Shown one piece after another: positions 10,293 through 19,511 of a DNA stretch of 64,000 nt. The position numbers were made by a program, and so were the translations under genes. The DNA comes from a phage. Within the stretch, counting starts at the first letter, position 1, and every line of letters begins with the position of its first letter. Under the pieces are notes generated by a model. That model was not told the DNA's origin, did no database searches, and worked only from the letters and a program-made list of their open reading frames with translations. The DNA is taken from the sequence record OZ346187.1; one strand, given 5' to 3'.

Positions 10293-10681
10293 TGAAAAAT
10301 ATTTGGGATATCGATATCTTTGAAGCCTCTAAGCTTGACGGTGCTGATGGAGTGATTATGGTGTCTGATGGCAAGGCAACACTAACTTCCGGAGATATCA
10401 TCTATGCCTTGGACGAGCTGGCGCTTCTGAAATCTACCGGTAACACTTTGGAGGAGCGTCTTCAAGGATTCGCTTTCAAAGAAGGTACAAATACAGCCAT
10501 GATGTGCACCACACGGACAGTTCAGGTTGGTAACGGTGTCTATATGATTATTGCTGTGTGTCCTAAATTCAGCAACGTCAACAAAGATGATGCTGACGCG
10601 GTCAACGATGTGGTTGTTCTCTTCGTGGGTGACGCTATGGCAGATCTGATGAATGCAGGAGAAGCAGCAAATGAAGACTGA
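10289..10681 (+). CDS. hypothetical protein
   Basis: 130-aa ORF, start overlaps upstream stop. Confidence 0.4.
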   Translation: MMKNIWDIDIFEASKLDGADGVIMVSDGKATLTSGDIIYALDELALLKSTGNTLEERLQGFAFKEGTNTAMMCTTRTVQVGNGVYMIIAVCPKFSNVNKDDADAVNDVVVLFVGDAMADLMNAGEAANED

Positions 10682-10973
10682 AAACATCACCCCAGCAGGG
10701 TTCTTAAAAGTATACCGTGAACTGCTATATACTACAGAGGACAGTGTTCTAGAGTATCCAGAATATCTTTTGCTGTATAAGTATCTGCAGGAGGCTGGTG
10801 AAAATCTGCCAGTTAGTGCAGAAGGTGGTCCAAACTGGATATACAGCGCATGGAGAAAGGTTGACATTCTCCCAGACCCAGGTAAAGATATGGTAGTTTG
10901 GCAGCTTATCAACAACATCGGGATTCCAATCTTTGATGAAGCTGTTAAAATCTATTTTGAACTTGACGATTAA
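10671..10973 (+). CDS. hypothetical protein
   Basis: ORF track 10653-10973; ATG at 10671 after GGAGAAG. Confidence 0.35.
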   Translation: MKTENITPAGFLKVYRELLYTTEDSVLEYPEYLLLYKYLQEAGENLPVSAEGGPNWIYSAWRKVDILPDPGKDMVVWQLINNIGIPIFDEAVKIYFELDD

Positions 10974-10990
10974 TATCAGGAGACCTTAAG

Positions 10991-11236
10991 ATGACTGAAG
11001 CAGTTGCTCGCGCAGGACAGAAAGTACGTTGTGTTGAAGTAGGTTTTGGTGGCAAAGGGTGTCAAAACTTGACTCAAGGCAAGGAATATGCTGTTATCTC
11101 TGGTGGTGGCGACGAAAGTATTGTGTTCGAGGGCCACATCCTGGATGCTGAAAACTTTGAAATCTTTGACGACGATGGGGATCCGATCACCTGCCTGCTG
11201 GACGGGAATTGGGGAACTTTCGAAGTGATTGGCTAA
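10991..11236 (+). CDS. hypothetical protein
   Basis: 81-aa ORF after AGGAGAC RBS. Confidence 0.4.
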   Translation: MTEAVARAGQKVRCVEVGFGGKGCQNLTQGKEYAVISGGGDESIVFEGHILDAENFEIFDDDGDPITCLLDGNWGTFEVIG

Positions 11237-11319
11237 CAAATACCTATTGTAATTTACAGAAGGGGATGCTAAAATAGTGTCTCCTTCTATGTTGTTCAAA
11301 TAAAATCGGAGATTCCATA

Positions 11320-11688
11320 ATGGAACAAATGAACGATCAAGAGTCGGTTGCGATGAACGAGCAAGAACAACCTCAAGAATTTTTCTTAGGGTTAAGTAAA
11401 GATCAAGTGTCTCTTTTGCTAGTGCTTTCTTCTTTCATGGGAAGACTTCAGGAGCTCACACAACAACCGGAGGCTGAACAATTATTTCAGGCTCTGCGTG
11501 AAGAAGAAAAATATCGTCGTTTGGACTATGCCTTAGGTTGGGTAGCTCAACAACGAGATATGCTGATGGCCCTCTCTGGGACCACAAGTTTTGCAATGGG
11601 CCTGTTGGCTCAAGTTCAGGACAAATTAATTCAAGCAGGGTTTGCACACACGGCAAACACTAACGAAGAACAAGGAGACAAAGAATGA
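11320..11688 (+). CDS. hypothetical protein
   Basis: 122-aa ORF after GGAGA RBS. Confidence 0.4.
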   Translation: MEQMNDQESVAMNEQEQPQEFFLGLSKDQVSLLLVLSSFMGRLQELTQQPEAEQLFQALREEEKYRRLDYALGWVAQQRDMLMALSGTTSFAMGLLAQVQDKLIQAGFAHTANTNEEQGDKE

Positions 11689-12911
11689 GCGTTATTCAAC
11701 AATTCGCTAACCCGATGAATCCGCGTGAAACTGTTTTACTGGCTCACGGCATGATTAAACGCGTCAGCATCAAGCCTATCAAAGGTGCTGATCCTACAAC
11801 AGGTATTAAAACCACTGTGTGGCAAGGTAAGAAAATTGAATCCAGCCACACCATCTCTTTACTGATTTCTGAACTGGATTCCTCTGATAACCTACTTCAA
11901 GGTGGTGAAGAAGTTTGGATCAGTATGGGCGATAAGCTGCTTAAACCGGGTCATCAAGACTCTGTCTCTGTTAAAATTGATGACAAGTGGGAAACCGTAA
12001 CGCCAGGATGGATCGTAAATATCCCTTTGAAGGCAAACGAGCATAACGGTAAGACCTACTACAAAGGCTCACTGGCTAAGATGGTTAAGCTGGGTGCAGG
12101 AGAGGCTCCAGCAGCGACTCAGCAGCAAAAACAGCAACAAGGTGCACAATCACAAGGCCAGAAGCAGAAACCTCAGCAGAATGCCAATCAGGACGTTTTA
12201 CGCATCTATGGTGATGTGACTCAGATTGTTGGCAACGTGGTTACTGTAAATGACCACAAGATTGGCGAAGGTGCTATGGTTGTAACTGATGAGCAGCTTA
12301 AAGACCTGGTGGTAGGTGGTCGTGTTGCAGCCATTGTTGACAAAGACACTGGAAACATTATCAGTGGTTTCAAGGCCTATCCTCCTAAGGCAGAGAACGG
12401 CACTCAAGGCTCCGGTGGCAAGCGTAAATCCTCTTACGACCCTATCGGTGTGGAAACGGGGCATAGCATCAATGCGTTGCAGATCATCCTGGATCGCGGG
12501 TTTAAGGTAGACGACCCACTGGGCGTGGCTAAAACACTGCACGTAGTCACCATTGAGCTTAAGAAAGAGTATGCTCAAGCCACCAACCGAACTGAAGATG
12601 AAGTAGGTGCCAGTGTCGGTAATGCGGTGTTGAACGCTTGTCGCCGTATTGACAAGAAAACGAAAGTTGATGATTTTGCAGCGGCAATTACTGCAGAAGC
12701 AAAAGATGTCTTGACTAATCTGGCTGAGCCGTTGTACGATTGGATCAAGAACGGTGCTGGGTCAACTGACCATCAAGAACCTCAGGCTGCCAAACAGGAA
12801 GCAGCTCCACAGCAAAACACTGTAGACGCTCCTCCTGTAAATGATGGGGAAGATGACCCGATGGATCAGAATCCAGCACAGTACGCCTTTGATGATGACA
12901 TCCCTTTTTAA
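11685..12911 (+). CDS. putative single-stranded DNA-binding-like protein with SSB-type acidic C-terminal tail
   Basis: 408 aa; Q-rich low-complexity linker (QQQKQQQGAQSQGQKQKPQQ); terminates ...FDDDIPF, the canonical bacterial SSB tail. Confidence 0.4.
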   Translation: MSVIQQFANPMNPRETVLLAHGMIKRVSIKPIKGADPTTGIKTTVWQGKKIESSHTISLLISELDSSDNLLQGGEEVWISMGDKLLKPGHQDSVSVKIDDKWETVTPGWIVNIPLKANEHNGKTYYKGSLAKMVKLGAGEAPAATQQQKQQQGAQSQGQKQKPQQNANQDVLRIYGDVTQIVGNVVTVNDHKIGEGAMVVTDEQLKDLVVGGRVAAIVDKDTGNIISGFKAYPPKAENGTQGSGGKRKSSYDPIGVETGHSINALQIILDRGFKVDDPLGVAKTLHVVTIELKKEYAQATNRTEDEVGASVGNAVLNACRRIDKKTKVDDFAAAITAEAKDVLTNLAEPLYDWIKNGAGSTDHQEPQAAKQEAAPQQNTVDAPPVNDGEDDPMDQNPAQYAFDDDIPF

Positions 12912-12925
12912 CAATTAGTTAACAT

Positions 12926-12954
12926 AGCCCTGCCCGAAAGGGTGGGGCATTTTT
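12926..12954 (+). terminator. rho-independent terminator
   Basis: Same GCCCTGCCC-GAAA-GGGTGGGGC hairpin as at 1547, followed by T-run. Confidence 0.6.
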
Positions 12955-12973
12955 GTATAAGGAGATCTGAAAA

Positions 12974-13390
12974 ATGACATTAGAAGATATCATTGTTAAA
13001 CCTGAGAACTATGACCAATACAACCTGTCAACTCAATCTGTAGACCTTGGATGCGCCACAGTTAGTGCGTGGCTGGTTAATGGAAAAGAGCTGGACAAGT
13101 GCTTAGAAGCTCACATGTCTGTTAACAAGTTTCTGGATGAAAATACTCACTGGCTTGAGGGTGCTGGAGTATATGCTTCATGGTTGGAGAGCATGGGCTT
13201 TGACTATCAATCTGATGAAGGGTGGTGGAGCTATCTGGCTATCTGTCCAGAAACACTGCAATGCTTCATGAAATACTCTGAAGATCTTGAGTACCGAGCG
13301 GTGGTTGATAGTGCTATTGCCCGTTATAGCCGTAAACCTTTTTCCCATGACATTAAAACTGTGGAAGAATTTGTTGAAGTTTTCTGTTGA
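12974..13390 (+). CDS. hypothetical protein
   Basis: 138-aa ORF after AAGGAGA RBS. Confidence 0.4.
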   Translation: MTLEDIIVKPENYDQYNLSTQSVDLGCATVSAWLVNGKELDKCLEAHMSVNKFLDENTHWLEGAGVYASWLESMGFDYQSDEGWWSYLAICPETLQCFMKYSEDLEYRAVVDSAIARYSRKPFSHDIKTVEEFVEVFC

Positions 13391-13416
13391 CACAGGTTGA
13401 AAGGTGTGCAATTATA
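13387..13416 (+). promoter_or_regulatory. sigma70-type promoter
   Basis: TTGACA, ~17-18 bp spacer, ATTATA. Confidence 0.4.
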
Positions 13417-13486
13417 ACTTCATAAAACGGGAGGACGCGATGAACGAAGAAAACTGGGATGTATAACTAACAGGAGACCACTGCCC

Positions 13487-13684
13487 ATGATTTATCGAAT
13501 CCGTGTAAGAGAAGATGCACCAGGCTGTTACTTTGACTGGCGTGGGTGGTGGTTTCTCCACCCAATGGATGGACTCACAGATAGAATGCTGGATGCTGCC
13601 CTTTATACAGATACCGACATAGAATATAATCTCTATCTGAAGGACGGTATAGATAACGGTCTATTTGAAGCAATTCCTGTGTAA
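13487..13684 (+). CDS. hypothetical protein
   Basis: 65-aa ORF after AGGAGAC RBS. Confidence 0.35.
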   Translation: MIYRIRVREDAPGCYFDWRGWWFLHPMDGLTDRMLDAALYTDTDIEYNLYLKDGIDNGLFEAIPV

Positions 13685-13752
13685 GAGACTGTGATAGCCA
13701 TGTTTTATGATCTTCCTGTAGCACCACCACCTGTTGAACCTGGAGAACTAAG

Positions 13753-14172
13753 ATGATCTATGAAATGCCAAAACTGATTCGTGACGATGCCCAAAACCAC
13801 ACCATTATTATGGGTAAACGCATGAATATCCTTTGCCGTAACGATTTCTGTGGTGTAGAATACGTTGCAGACTACTTCGGTGAGAATGGTAAACACCCTG
13901 TTCAGTTCTTCCTTGACCATGAGGATAACATTATCTGGGAGTTTGAAACTGAAGATATCCGCAACCTCTTCATCTTCCTCGGTGTCAAGGTTAAGGCCAA
14001 TTTCGCGGAAGGTGAGTGCGACGATTGTGGATTTTATGAGGTGACAGACTTCTATCTCCCGAGTGGCAAGAACATTTACTATGAGAGTCACTTCGGAAAC
14101 ACCAACATGCCTCAAAGCTGGGAAGAATTTTTCAGTATCGTAGAAGAGGAGCTGGCATACCGTGATTATTGA
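13753..14172 (+). CDS. hypothetical protein
   Basis: 139-aa ORF. Confidence 0.4.
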   Translation: MIYEMPKLIRDDAQNHTIIMGKRMNILCRNDFCGVEYVADYFGENGKHPVQFFLDHEDNIIWEFETEDIRNLFIFLGVKVKANFAEGECDDCGFYEVTDFYLPSGKNIYYESHFGNTNMPQSWEEFFSIVEEELAYRDY

Positions 14173-14620
14173 TACTGTAAAGGGAGATTTAATCTCCCTT
14201 TTTAAGAGCGGTGCTGGTCACCTAATCCACGGTTGTAACTGCTTCCACACAATGGGTAAGGGCATAGCAAAACAGATTGCCCGTGAGTTTCCTCAAGCAT
14301 TGTCAGCCGACAAAGAGACCAGACACGGTTGCCTAAGTAAACTGGGTGCGTTCTCCCGATGGGAGCACTTATCTCCGAGAGGTATTGTCTACGGAATCAA
14401 TCTGTATACTCAGTTCTACCCAGGGCCTAATGCTGAATATTTCTCAATCCTGAAAGGCTTTGAGCTAGTCAATGAGGTATTCGAGGGATCGACTTTACCA
14501 TTCTACATCCCTAAGATCGGATGCGGCATAGGCGGTTTGAAGTGGGAGCACGTAGAGGACGTTATTAACCTCGCCACTTTTGATATAGATATTATCGTGG
14601 TGGAGTACAAAGAGTGTTGA
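14162..14620 (+). CDS. macro-domain-like (ADP-ribose binding/processing) protein
   Basis: HGCNCFHTMGKGIAKQIAREFP and IPKIGCGIGG resemble the conserved core of one macro-domain subfamily. Confidence 0.45.
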   Translation: MIIDTVKGDLISLFKSGAGHLIHGCNCFHTMGKGIAKQIAREFPQALSADKETRHGCLSKLGAFSRWEHLSPRGIVYGINLYTQFYPGPNAEYFSILKGFELVNEVFEGSTLPFYIPKIGCGIGGLKWEHVEDVINLATFDIDIIVVEYKEC

Positions 14621-14645
14621 CAGCTGACTTTTGAGATGGTATAGT
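14617..14645 (+). promoter_or_regulatory. sigma70-type promoter
   Basis: TTGACA, 17-bp spacer, TATAGT. Confidence 0.5.
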
Positions 14646-14676
14646 CACCACAACGATTGAGAGAGGGAGCACCACT

Positions 14677-14877
14677 ATGGAGACTAAAATCTTAATTCTG
14701 GCTGTGATAGATACGACCGAAGGGGCCGTGTTCGAATCTGCAGGAGGGTATTTCTACCTGCCCTACGGAAAAATAACTTCCGAACCGAGTAAAGATTCAA
14801 TCCTTAAAGTGTTCCCTTGTGCTTTCTGGCTGGAGATTCTGGTAGAAGATTGCAGAGGATTGGGGAGAGAATTATGA
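14677..14877 (+). CDS. hypothetical protein
   Basis: 66-aa ORF after GAGAGGGAG RBS. Confidence 0.35.
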   Translation: METKILILAVIDTTEGAVFESAGGYFYLPYGKITSEPSKDSILKVFPCAFWLEILVEDCRGLGREL

Positions 14878-15068
14878 GAAACAAGAAAGAGCTTTACTCT
14901 GGCGAGTGGATCAACGATCAACAGGTCGGAGAGGTAACCTGCTTCCGGTGTTTTACTCGGTACAATCTTAAAACTGCACCAAAAAGTGTTCCAAAGACTG
15001 ACGGTTATTACATAAAAGAACCTCATTGCCCAAAATGTAAATGCCGATTGTACTGGAGCAATCTATAA
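14874..15068 (+). CDS. small zinc-ribbon protein
   Basis: ORF track 14817-15068; ATG at 14874 after GGGGAGAG; CFRC ... CPKCKC cysteine pairs. Confidence 0.35.
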   Translation: MRNKKELYSGEWINDQQVGEVTCFRCFTRYNLKTAPKSVPKTDGYYIKEPHCPKCKCRLYWSNL

Positions 15069-15072
15069 GAGG

Positions 15073-15100
15073 TTGACATCTGAAAACTGCAGTGTATAGT
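15073..15100 (+). promoter_or_regulatory. sigma70-type promoter
   Basis: TTGACA, 16-bp spacer, TATAGT. Confidence 0.5.
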
Positions 15101-15131
15101 ATACACATAAACTAACAGAGAGCGATGTATT

Positions 15132-15323
15132 ATGGTAATTTTTAACCGGGATGGTATCATAGTTAGACAGCACCCGTTCCTTGAATACTATCAAATTGAG
15201 CAATGGTGCTACGGGGATTGCAGTCACTCCTATGGGCAAAGTTGGGGATATCGTACAGTTTTTGAATCAACAGACCTTGACAAAGTAAGACAGAAAGTTT
15301 TAGAACTTATTAACAACAAGTGA
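15132..15323 (+). CDS. hypothetical protein
   Basis: 63-aa ORF downstream of promoter. Confidence 0.35.
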   Translation: MVIFNRDGIIVRQHPFLEYYQIEQWCYGDCSHSYGQSWGYRTVFESTDLDKVRQKVLELINNK

Positions 15324-15332
15324 GTATGATAT

Positions 15333-15665
15333 ATGGTAACATTAGAAAGACGTAAAGCTATCGCCGCCACACTGGCAGACATCTTTTGGGATTGCAACTT
15401 AAAAGATACCAGAAATTGTGGCGCATCTGTAGATGTATTATTCCCACGGCCCACCATTGTTGCAATGGGAAACCTGTTAAACGTAGTGTACGGAGCATGG
15501 GACAAAGAAGGTGGATTCTATATCTGGCAACCTGACTACAGAGCCTGGAAAGAGGTAAGGGGTGCGGTTGACTTTGGGCCTGCAAGTGCTAAGATGGATG
15601 GCTGGGAAATTTATGTTGGAAACGACATGAAGCTGAAAGGCGAGATTGTTTACTGGTTACCTTAA
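15333..15665 (+). CDS. hypothetical protein
   Basis: 110-aa ORF. Confidence 0.4.
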   Translation: MVTLERRKAIAATLADIFWDCNLKDTRNCGASVDVLFPRPTIVAMGNLLNVVYGAWDKEGGFYIWQPDYRAWKEVRGAVDFGPASAKMDGWEIYVGNDMKLKGEIVYWLP

Positions 15666-15685
15666 GAGAATGCAGGAGATAAAGT

Positions 15686-15931
15686 ATGAACAAAGGGTGG
15701 ACATTTGTAGACGGCGTTGAAAACATGCCTCTAGGAAAGTATATTGTAGCCATGGCAGATGAGAATGGCAAGGTTGATTTCGGAGCTTGCGAGGTTGTTC
15801 TTGCAGGATCTGGTGACTATGCTCACAAAACTGGGATAATTAACGGTCATTTCTACTTTGATTACAACCCTGTTGTGGCGTATATGGCTATGCCAGAGTT
15901 CGAGCTCCCAAAGGAGGGTGCGGATGTTTAA
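15686..15931 (+). CDS. hypothetical protein
   Basis: 81-aa ORF after GCAGGAGA RBS. Confidence 0.4.
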   Translation: MNKGWTFVDGVENMPLGKYIVAMADENGKVDFGACEVVLAGSGDYAHKTGIINGHFYFDYNPVVAYMAMPEFELPKEGADV

Positions 15932-16121
15932 GCTTAAATCTGCATGGAACATCGCTGTGGGGGACGAGATCCGCATCCCAGGTGGAAAGACCATTATGAA
16001 GATATCTCGTATCGAGTACGAAGGTGATCGTGTATTTCATATCTTTGCAGAAGATGGTCGAGAAATTTATATACAGGCAGGCTCTCACATCTATATTCGT
16101 AAGAAAGGGGACGACAAATGA
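15924..16121 (+). CDS. hypothetical protein
   Basis: ORF track 15858-16121; ATG at 15924 after AAGGAGGG. Confidence 0.35.
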   Translation: MFKLKSAWNIAVGDEIRIPGGKTIMKISRIEYEGDRVFHIFAEDGREIYIQAGSHIYIRKKGDDK

Positions 16122-16447
16122 CAGAGATCATCATTTCAACTGCAGGGTATGTGTTCCTGACAATCATTGCACTGACCATTTTGGTGGTGGTATATGGAAT
16201 TGTTATTCTCCCTATTCTTGAGACAATTAGTTTGTGTCGGTGTTGGAGAAAGGCTTACGGTCCACAGCCGTGGAAGGACTGGCCCCACCTGGTGCACATA
16301 GCGTTCTCTTATGCTTATGATCACGCCAGCAGTGCATGCATAACCGGGTATCACGCCCACAACTGGAGCTGGGAAGGGTTGAGGAAATGGAATGTTACAA
16401 AGACCATACCTCTGCGCATGTACAAACCTAAAAACAAAGACAGCTGA
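16118..16447 (+). CDS. small membrane protein
   Basis: N-terminal hydrophobic stretch YVFLTIIALTILVVVYGIVILPIL; last plus-strand gene before the junction. Confidence 0.4.
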   Translation: MTEIIISTAGYVFLTIIALTILVVVYGIVILPILETISLCRCWRKAYGPQPWKDWPHLVHIAFSYAYDHASSACITGYHAHNWSWEGLRKWNVTKTIPLRMYKPKNKDS

Positions 16448-16758
16448 TACTTGAAAATCCCTGGCATATCAAGTGTAAGGAGGATTTCTAAAATGGATTT
16501 CCTCCTTTTGATATTTCACCGGGCCAGATATTTTAAAATTCTTAGAAAATCAGGTCTTTGAAATGAAAAACAGATCGAGTACCGAAAGAGGATGTACAAA
16601 TTTTCTGATAATAATGGACTTATTGTTATAAAAGGTCAGAGGTAAGCTGGGAAAGTTCTGGTAGAAGGGTGAGAGTATGTGCGGAAAAATCTGGAATAGT
16701 GACTTAAAGTACGGTGCGAACGATAAGGAATTGAGCAGCACATCTTATCGTGCCTGTA

Positions 16759-17149
16759 TTTTGTGTGGATGAATGAGAATACCTATCATTGTGAGAACCA
16801 TTATCATTACGGGCAATTTAACAGTACCGATTATGCGCACCACTGGCGATACATACAGGGATTGATAACATGGGTTACTGTTTACGCACATAACAATTGT
16901 ATTTCTTACTATTTGTGTGGGCGTTTAGACGTTGACGGTCAGAAGTCTGCAGGTTAATATCTAATCTATTGGCTGCTAACTATATCCCACACAAATAGTA
17001 AGAAATACAATTGTTATGTGCGTAAACAGTAACCCATGTTATCAATCCCTGTATGCATGCCAGTGGTGCGCATAATGGGTATTATGTTAAATTGCCCGTA
17101 ATGATAATGGTTCTCACAATGATAGGTATTCTCATTCATCCACACAAAA
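16759..17149. repeat. large imperfect inverted repeat (two ~163-bp arms, 16759-16921 and 16986-17149, 64-bp spacer)
   Basis: Right arm is the reverse complement of the left with a few substitutions; mirror ORFs 16763-16957(+) and 17014-17205(-) give the same peptide; spacer holds TTGACG, 17 bp, TAATAT. Confidence 0.85.
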
Positions 17150-17379
17150 TAGATTGCAAATGTTGTGCCACTGTGTGAACGGCCTGGCCTATTAATTTGC
17201 CTCACTGCCTTGATATTTGAGAATTATTATAAGAATGAGAAGTATTCCCATTTCGTCCGCCTGGCAGCACTCCTGTAGGTCCTGCAAGGACTCTAGCTGA
17301 AAGCTAGACCCTTCGGGCCTCCCTGCAGGTCAGGTCAAAATCGTGGTAGAATTGGGCCTGTTCAGATATTTCTGGCTGA

Positions 17380-18590
17380 CTCTTCAGGTCTGTGTGGGAA
17401 AAGCCAACCTCTCCGGCGGGGCATGGGGTCATGACGGGAAAATTGCAGGTCAATTAAAAAATTTACGTGGTGTATGAAGCGCTCTTCAGGTAAGGCAGGT
17501 ATTATGGGATGAAACCCTCTTCAGGCAATGATATTTGTGGGTGTGATATTTGCTGGAAAGCCAGATATGACGGGACTCCCGGCGGGGCAGGGGTAGTACA
17601 GACAGGGAAAATATGGAGGATGTGGTTGGGTAAATTGATCAGGCAGGTAGAGTATGGAATATGTTACAGGTATGTTAAATAGGGAGGCTGAATATCTGTA
17701 GGATTTGTGTGTAAAATCAAAGACTTAAGTGGTGTTGTGGTATTTTCTATAAATAATTCAAGTTTAATAGGTAATATTTGTCTCTATTCGCTTTGTGTGG
17801 TAAACAGATTCAGATGAGATTGGTTTACAAGTGTATACATAATATACAAATTAAAGATACAAGAAACCCCCCTCCCCCTTCGGCTACCATTCACCTTTTC
17901 CTCTGACTGGTACTTAAACACTTATTCAGACTCTTCAGGTTATCACCCATATATCATATGGCAGTGACTGGTGTCCTCCGGCCCCTCTTTCGTCACCCGT
18001 CCGCTTCGCCATGCTAATGCCATAGCCAATGGTTCGGTTGTTCACCCTGTTCACTCAGGTGTATCTCCATACCCCTTCAAACCGAAGAGAACAGAAAACC
18101 CGAATTACTCGGTAAAAGAAAAGAGAAGAACTTAATTTTATCAGGATAGGCAAGAATGTCAAGGCATGACTGCTCACTAAACAAGCAAACAGTCATGTGT
18201 GGAAGGTAAGTGATTGTGGTGGTAGGAAATTTAGTTGAAAGATGTGTTATAGGTGCTTCCAGCACTTTAGCCGGGCAGCTAATTGTGTGTCAGTCCAGCG
18301 GTTCATCCTCTACTTCACTGAAATCAATGTTCATGGTCTCTTCCCAACCATCGATCTCAGCACAAGAGTGGAGTTCTTTAGGGTTTACTCCCAAAGCCTC
18401 AGCAACAGAGTCTATATTTAACACCTCTGGCAGGTATGATTCATCGAATTCAAGGTAAATCAGGCCACGAGTGTTGTCAGCTCCACCAAATATCTCTATC
18501 TTCATGAAATCTCCTCTGGAAATGAGAGTGTGAACAGGGTTTTATACGTTCTAATGCACAGGAATTATACACGTTTGCCTCTTCAGGCCA
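17380..18590. repeat. repeat-rich non-coding junction with recurring CTCTTCAGG 9-mer
   Basis: CTCTTCAGG at ~17380, 17482, 17516, 17931, 18579; related blocks CCGGCGGGGCA(T/G)GGGT at 17412 and 17578 and GGCAGGTA at 17493 and 17643; several short hairpins. Confidence 0.6.
18290..18505 (-). CDS. small acidic protein
   Basis: 71 aa, strongly acidic (D/E-rich); RBS-like AGAGGAGA upstream. Confidence 0.4.
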   Translation of the reverse strand: MKIEIFGGADNTRGLIYLEFDESYLPEVLNIDSVAEALGVNPKELHSCAEIDGWEETMNIDFSEVEDEPLD

Positions 18591-18626
18591 TGCTTTAGCA
18601 TGAGGAACCTGTGTGGGCTCGGTGCT

Positions 18627-18839
18627 TCATAGTCTACCACCTCTGAACTCTTCGTGCTCAGGCATAATAGAGAACCAGATATCTACGATGTCCTCCCACG
18701 TCAGGTCATCAGCCTCAGGATCTGTCTGGGACGAAGATGAAGAGTCCTCAGAATCTAAGTTTTCCTCTTTAACTGGCTCATCCAAGGGACATATGGTCAC
18801 TCCTTCGGATGTCTCTTCAGATGCATGTGTGTTGATCAT
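18627..18839 (-). CDS. small acidic protein
   Basis: 70 aa, very acidic with a poly-Ser stretch. Confidence 0.35.
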   Translation of the reverse strand: MINTHASEETSEGVTICPLDEPVKEENLDSEDSSSSSQTDPEADDLTWEDIVDIWFSIMPEHEEFRGGRL

Positions 18840-19199
18840 GTTCCCCCCGTGAGTATTCCGGCAACAGCCGCTATGGAAGTAATGATCATCAGGATCACCA
18901 CTAAAACTTCAGACAATGTTCTCATTGTGTATTCCATATTCTCCAAACTGTGTGTGGATACTATCACGGGAGCGGTAATGTGTCAACAGCAACGCCGCGA
19001 GGGTTTGGTTAAAATCCGAGCGTATGGTGATTTGGGTCAAAACGGACGTGCGTTCTCGCTACGCTCGAAATATGGAGTTGTTTGTAGGGAGCTCTTAAAC
19101 GCTCTGTAATGAGATTAACTGCCCAAGGTATGCAATCGTGCACCAGATAAAGAAAAGGACGCCACAGAGCGTCCTAGGTGTCTTAAATTTGATATTTTG

Positions 19200-19511
19200 C
19201 TATACCCACGAGGGCTTATCAAGGTTGGAGTAGCTGAAAGGTGTCAAAAGGTGACTGTCAAAATCTCTCAAACTATCCAAATCTTTTTCCTCGTCCTGAC
19301 ACCATCTGTGCCTACATTTGTTGTTGTAGTGCATGGAATGCATAGCGTTCTGCAACTTAACAGGCACAAGTGATTCAGGAGTAGATAGTATTGTTGGGTA
19401 TGCCAGAACCACCTCAAACAGTGGAAACACATCGAAACTAAAGTCTACCTCTGCAGAGGTTGATGGCATGTAGGAGTATTTAGCCGCCTTTGTAGACATA
19501 ATCCACCTCAC
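19200..19511 (-). CDS. hypothetical protein
   Basis: 103-aa ORF. Confidence 0.4.
   Translation of the reverse strand: MRWIMSTKAAKYSYMPSTSAEVDFSFDVFPLFEVVLAYPTILSTPESLVPVKLQNAMHSMHYNNKCRHRWCQDEEKDLDSLRDFDSHLLTPFSYSNLDKPSWV

Noticed and set aside
16763-17205. ORFs 16763-16957 (+) and 17014-17205 (-) encoding near-identical peptides
   Set aside because: They are mirror images produced by the inverted repeat, with no RBS; treated as artefacts of the repeat rather than genes
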